Assembly (NCBI GenBank): GCA_050116235.1
Contig: JASFPB010000001.1
Span: 1-31,305, forward strand
Source: Chromatiales bacterium
GTDB taxonomy: Bacteria; Pseudomonadota; Gammaproteobacteria; Chromatiales; Chromatiaceae
Reading direction: 5' to 3'
Length of the DNA stretch: 31,305 nucleotides
Made by a program: the position numbers and the translations under genes. How positions within the stretch are numbered: position 1 is the first letter of the stretch; each line of letters begins with the position of its first letter. Shown here in pieces: positions 28,810 to 31,305 of this stretch. The notes under the pieces are model-generated. The model searched no databases. It saw only the letters and a list, made by a program, of their open reading frames with translations, and was not told where the DNA came from.

Positions 28810-31305
28810 ATCGCTCGCCATTGCACGTCGCGAGATCGCCGCTTTCTTCGCCTCGCTGAGCTCCATGCTTCTACTTGCCATATTCGTGACAGTTGTTGCA
28901 TTCCATTTCTTCTGGATCGAATCTTTTTTTGCTCGCAATATTGCTGATGTACGGCCCATGTTCGACTGGGTTGCCCTCGTGATGATCCTGCTTGTCGCGA
29001 GCCTGACAATGCGCAGCTGGTCGGAAGAGAGGCGCAATGGAACTATCGAGCTGTTGCTGACATCGCCTGTTCCGACCAGCCGCCTGGTTATTGGCAAGTT
29101 CGTCGCTGTCATGGGCATTCTCCTCGTGGCACTGAGCCTGACCCTGCCCATACCGGTCATGGTGGCATTCACGGGCGAACTCGATCCCGGCCCGGTGGCC
29201 AGTGGCTATGCCGGCCTGCTGCTGCTTGCATCAGCATTCAGTGCCATCGGGCTGTTTGTTTCTTCCAGGACCGATAACCAGATTGTCAGCCTGATTGGCA
29301 CAGTCACTCTCTGCGGCTTGCTACATCTTGTTGGCAGTGACGGCTTCACGGGCTTCTTCGGCTACAGAACAGCCGAGTGGCTTGGATTGTTGAGTAGCAG
29401 TGTACGTCTTGAGTCCATGATGCGCGGTGTTGTTGCCCCCGGGGACCTGCTTTACTTTGCGGTTGTCACGCTTGTTTTTCTGTTGCTCAACGGCCTGTCA
29501 CTCGAGTCTCTGCGACAGGCCGGCGAGCCATCTGCCATGCACGGGGCAAGGCAGATGCTGACAGCTCTCCTCGTGGTTATCCTTCTGCTGACGAGCCTGG
29601 CTGTCTCCACGATCAGCCTGCCGCGGCTGGACCTCACCACGAATAGCCGATATACGCTATCAGAGACCACCCACTCGACTCTCGCGAATCTCAAGCAGCC
29701 GCTTCTTCTGCGCGGCTATTTCAGTGAACGCACGCATCCGATGCTCAATGGACTGATCCCGCGGATGCAGGATCTGCTCGAGGAGTATCGTGTTGCAGGA
29801 AACGGACGTGTCAGGGTCGAGCTGGTCGATCCCCTGCGATCACCGGAACTTGAGCAGGAAGCTGCAGAGAAGTATGCCATCGAGCCCACTGCCTTCCAGA
29901 CAGCCGACAGGTACCAGGCGTCGCTTGTCAACTCCTATTTCGACCTGCTGGTCGCATATGGCGATCAGTTCCAGACACTGAATTATTCCGATCTCATCGA
30001 GCTCAAAACCCGTGGCGAGACCGATCTCGAGATTCGCTTGCGCAACCCGGAATATGATCTGACGGCCGCTATTCGCAAAGTGCTCTTCGCACAACGAACC
30101 CACGAGAACCTCTTCGACTCCATTCCTGGAAAGATTCGTTTTCGCGCCTTCATTTCCGATGACAAACGCTTGCCGGAGAAGCTCGTGGCACTGAAACGTG
30201 ATCTCGAAACACTGCTCGTGACGTTTGAGGAGAATGCTGCCGGCAAGCTCGAAATCACGATCGAGGATCCCCAGCAGGGTGAAGGCGCAATGGTCAAGGA
30301 AATTCGCGAGAAATACGGTTTCCGTCCCATGGTGATGACACTCGACAGCACCGACCAGTTCTTCTTCTACATGATCATGGAAAATGACCAGCGCGTGGTG
30401 CCCGTGCCCTTGCCGGACAGCCTGGACGTCCATGGCTTGCAGCGTGCACTCAGTGCCGGTCTCAGGAACTTTGCGCCGGGTGTGTTGCGCAAGGTTGCGC
30501 TGTTTTTGCCGCCCGAGCCAATCTCGATCGCAGGTTTCCGGCAGAAAGGCTACGCAACCTGGTACCAGCTCGAGAAACGCTTGCGAGACAGCGTAATGGT
30601 GGAGAAAACGAATCTCGCATCCGGGGGTGTACCCCAAGATGCGGATCTGTTGATCATTGTTGCGCCCGAGAAGCTCGAAAAGAAACAACTCTTCGCCATC
30701 GACCAGTTCCTCATGCAGGGCGGCACGGTGATCATTGCTACTTCACCCTGGAATGTCAGGCTCAGCAGTGATGCGATCTCGGCGGAGAAGCGACTCTCCG
30801 GTATCGAGCCCTGGCTGGCTCATCATGGCATCACGATTGACGAAACGCTTGTCATGGATACGCAACTCGGCTATTTCCCGATCCCGGTGCAACGTCAGGT
30901 TGGCGCCAGCACGGTCGAGGAGACGCGACAGCTCGCCTATCCCTATTTCATCGATCTCAGGCAAGAGAATCTCGATAGCACAACAGGCATCTTCGCCGGT
31001 ATCAACCAGCTGACAATGAACTGGGTATCGCCGCTGATAGTCGATAATCCGGGATTGAATGTGACCACGCTGTACAGCAGCTCGGAAGAGAGCTGGCTCG
31101 ACAGTGAAGGCGGAATACAGCCCGATCTGGAGAAATGGCCAGCCAGCGGTTTCGATTCAGGGGATGGCAGGGAACGTAAAGCCAGTGAACTGGCTATTCT
31201 TGCCAGCGGAAGATTCAACTCCTGGTTTGCCGGCAAGCCGGTTGACTTTGATGTCACGTCAGGGGGATCAAACGACGGCAAGCCCGTCGAGGTGATCGAA
31301 CAGTC
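28802..31305 (+). CDS. GldF-like ABC-2 permease fused to a GldG-like periplasmic domain (partial, runs off the right edge)
   Basis: Not in the ORF track because it has no stop in the window. Hand translation from ATG 28802: MRESLAIARREIAAFF...TMRSWSEERRNGTIELLLTSPV...GKF (GldF-like), multiple TMs, then RLDLTTNSRYTLSETT...LRGYFS...DLLEEY...VDP and DADLLIIVAP...FAIDQFLMQGG (GldG-like). Overlaps the ATPase stop by 8 nt. Confidence 0.88.
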   Translation, partial: MRESLAIARREIAAFFASLSSMLLLAIFVTVVAFHFFWIESFFARNIADVRPMFDWVALVMILLVASLTMRSWSEERRNGTIELLLTSPVPTSRLVIGKFVAVMGILLVALSLTLPIPVMVAFTGELDPGPVASGYAGLLLLASAFSAIGLFVSSRTDNQIVSLIGTVTLCGLLHLVGSDGFTGFFGYRTAEWLGLLSSSVRLESMMRGVVAPGDLLYFAVVTLVFLLLNGLSLESLRQAGEPSAMHGARQMLTALLVVILLLTSLAVSTISLPRLDLTTNSRYTLSETTHSTLANLKQPLLLRGYFSERTHPMLNGLIPRMQDLLEEYRVAGNGRVRVELVDPLRSPELEQEAAEKYAIEPTAFQTADRYQASLVNSYFDLLVAYGDQFQTLNYSDLIELKTRGETDLEIRLRNPEYDLTAAIRKVLFAQRTHENLFDSIPGKIRFRAFISDDKRLPEKLVALKRDLETLLVTFEENAAGKLEITIEDPQQGEGAMVKEIREKYGFRPMVMTLDSTDQFFFYMIMENDQRVVPVPLPDSLDVHGLQRALSAGLRNFAPGVLRKVALFLPPEPISIAGFRQKGYATWYQLEKRLRDSVMVEKTNLASGGVPQDADLLIIVAPEKLEKKQLFAIDQFLMQGGTVIIATSPWNVRLSSDAISAEKRLSGIEPWLAHHGITIDETLVMDTQLGYFPIPVQRQVGASTVEETRQLAYPYFIDLRQENLDSTTGIFAGINQLTMNWVSPLIVDNPGLNVTTLYSSSEESWLDSEGGIQPDLEKWPASGFDSGDGRERKASELAILASGRFNSWFAGKPVDFDVTSGGSNDGKPVEVIEQ

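Overview
Chromosomal, mostly housekeeping window from a gammaproteobacterium that is probably a sulfur oxidizer (inferred from gene content, not from a database search). Left to right: a partial TonB gene, a degenerate ApbE lipoprotein and gshB (all minus strand); a secreted small protein plus periplasmic rhodanese pair resembling soxK-soxL; a Pil-Chp chemosensory operon (pilG-H-I-J-chpA-chpC, without pilK or chpB); nadA; hrpA; an accessory block (Rdx/SelW CxxC protein, GGCT-family protein, ppk2, sulfur oxygenase reductase sor, slyX, a Cys/His hypothetical protein, an orphan Xre/MbcA/ParS-like protein); an AT-rich spacer with three DnaA boxes in DARS-like geometry plus an IHF-like site; a typA-tadA-SoxH-like operon; mltF; and a GldA-like ABC ATPase with a GldF-GldG fusion running off the right edge. 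The strongest leads are (1) a divergent SOR with an intact Fe/Cys catalytic set but altered channel residues, next to ppk2; (2) the DARS-like element; (3) the ApbE that has lost its catalytic and metal-binding residues; (4) the apparently detached soxKL-like pair; and (5) the orphan antitoxin-like gene with its own operator-like palindrome. I found no rRNA, tRNA, CRISPR array, transposase or integrase. All homology calls come from motif recognition and memory of the families.
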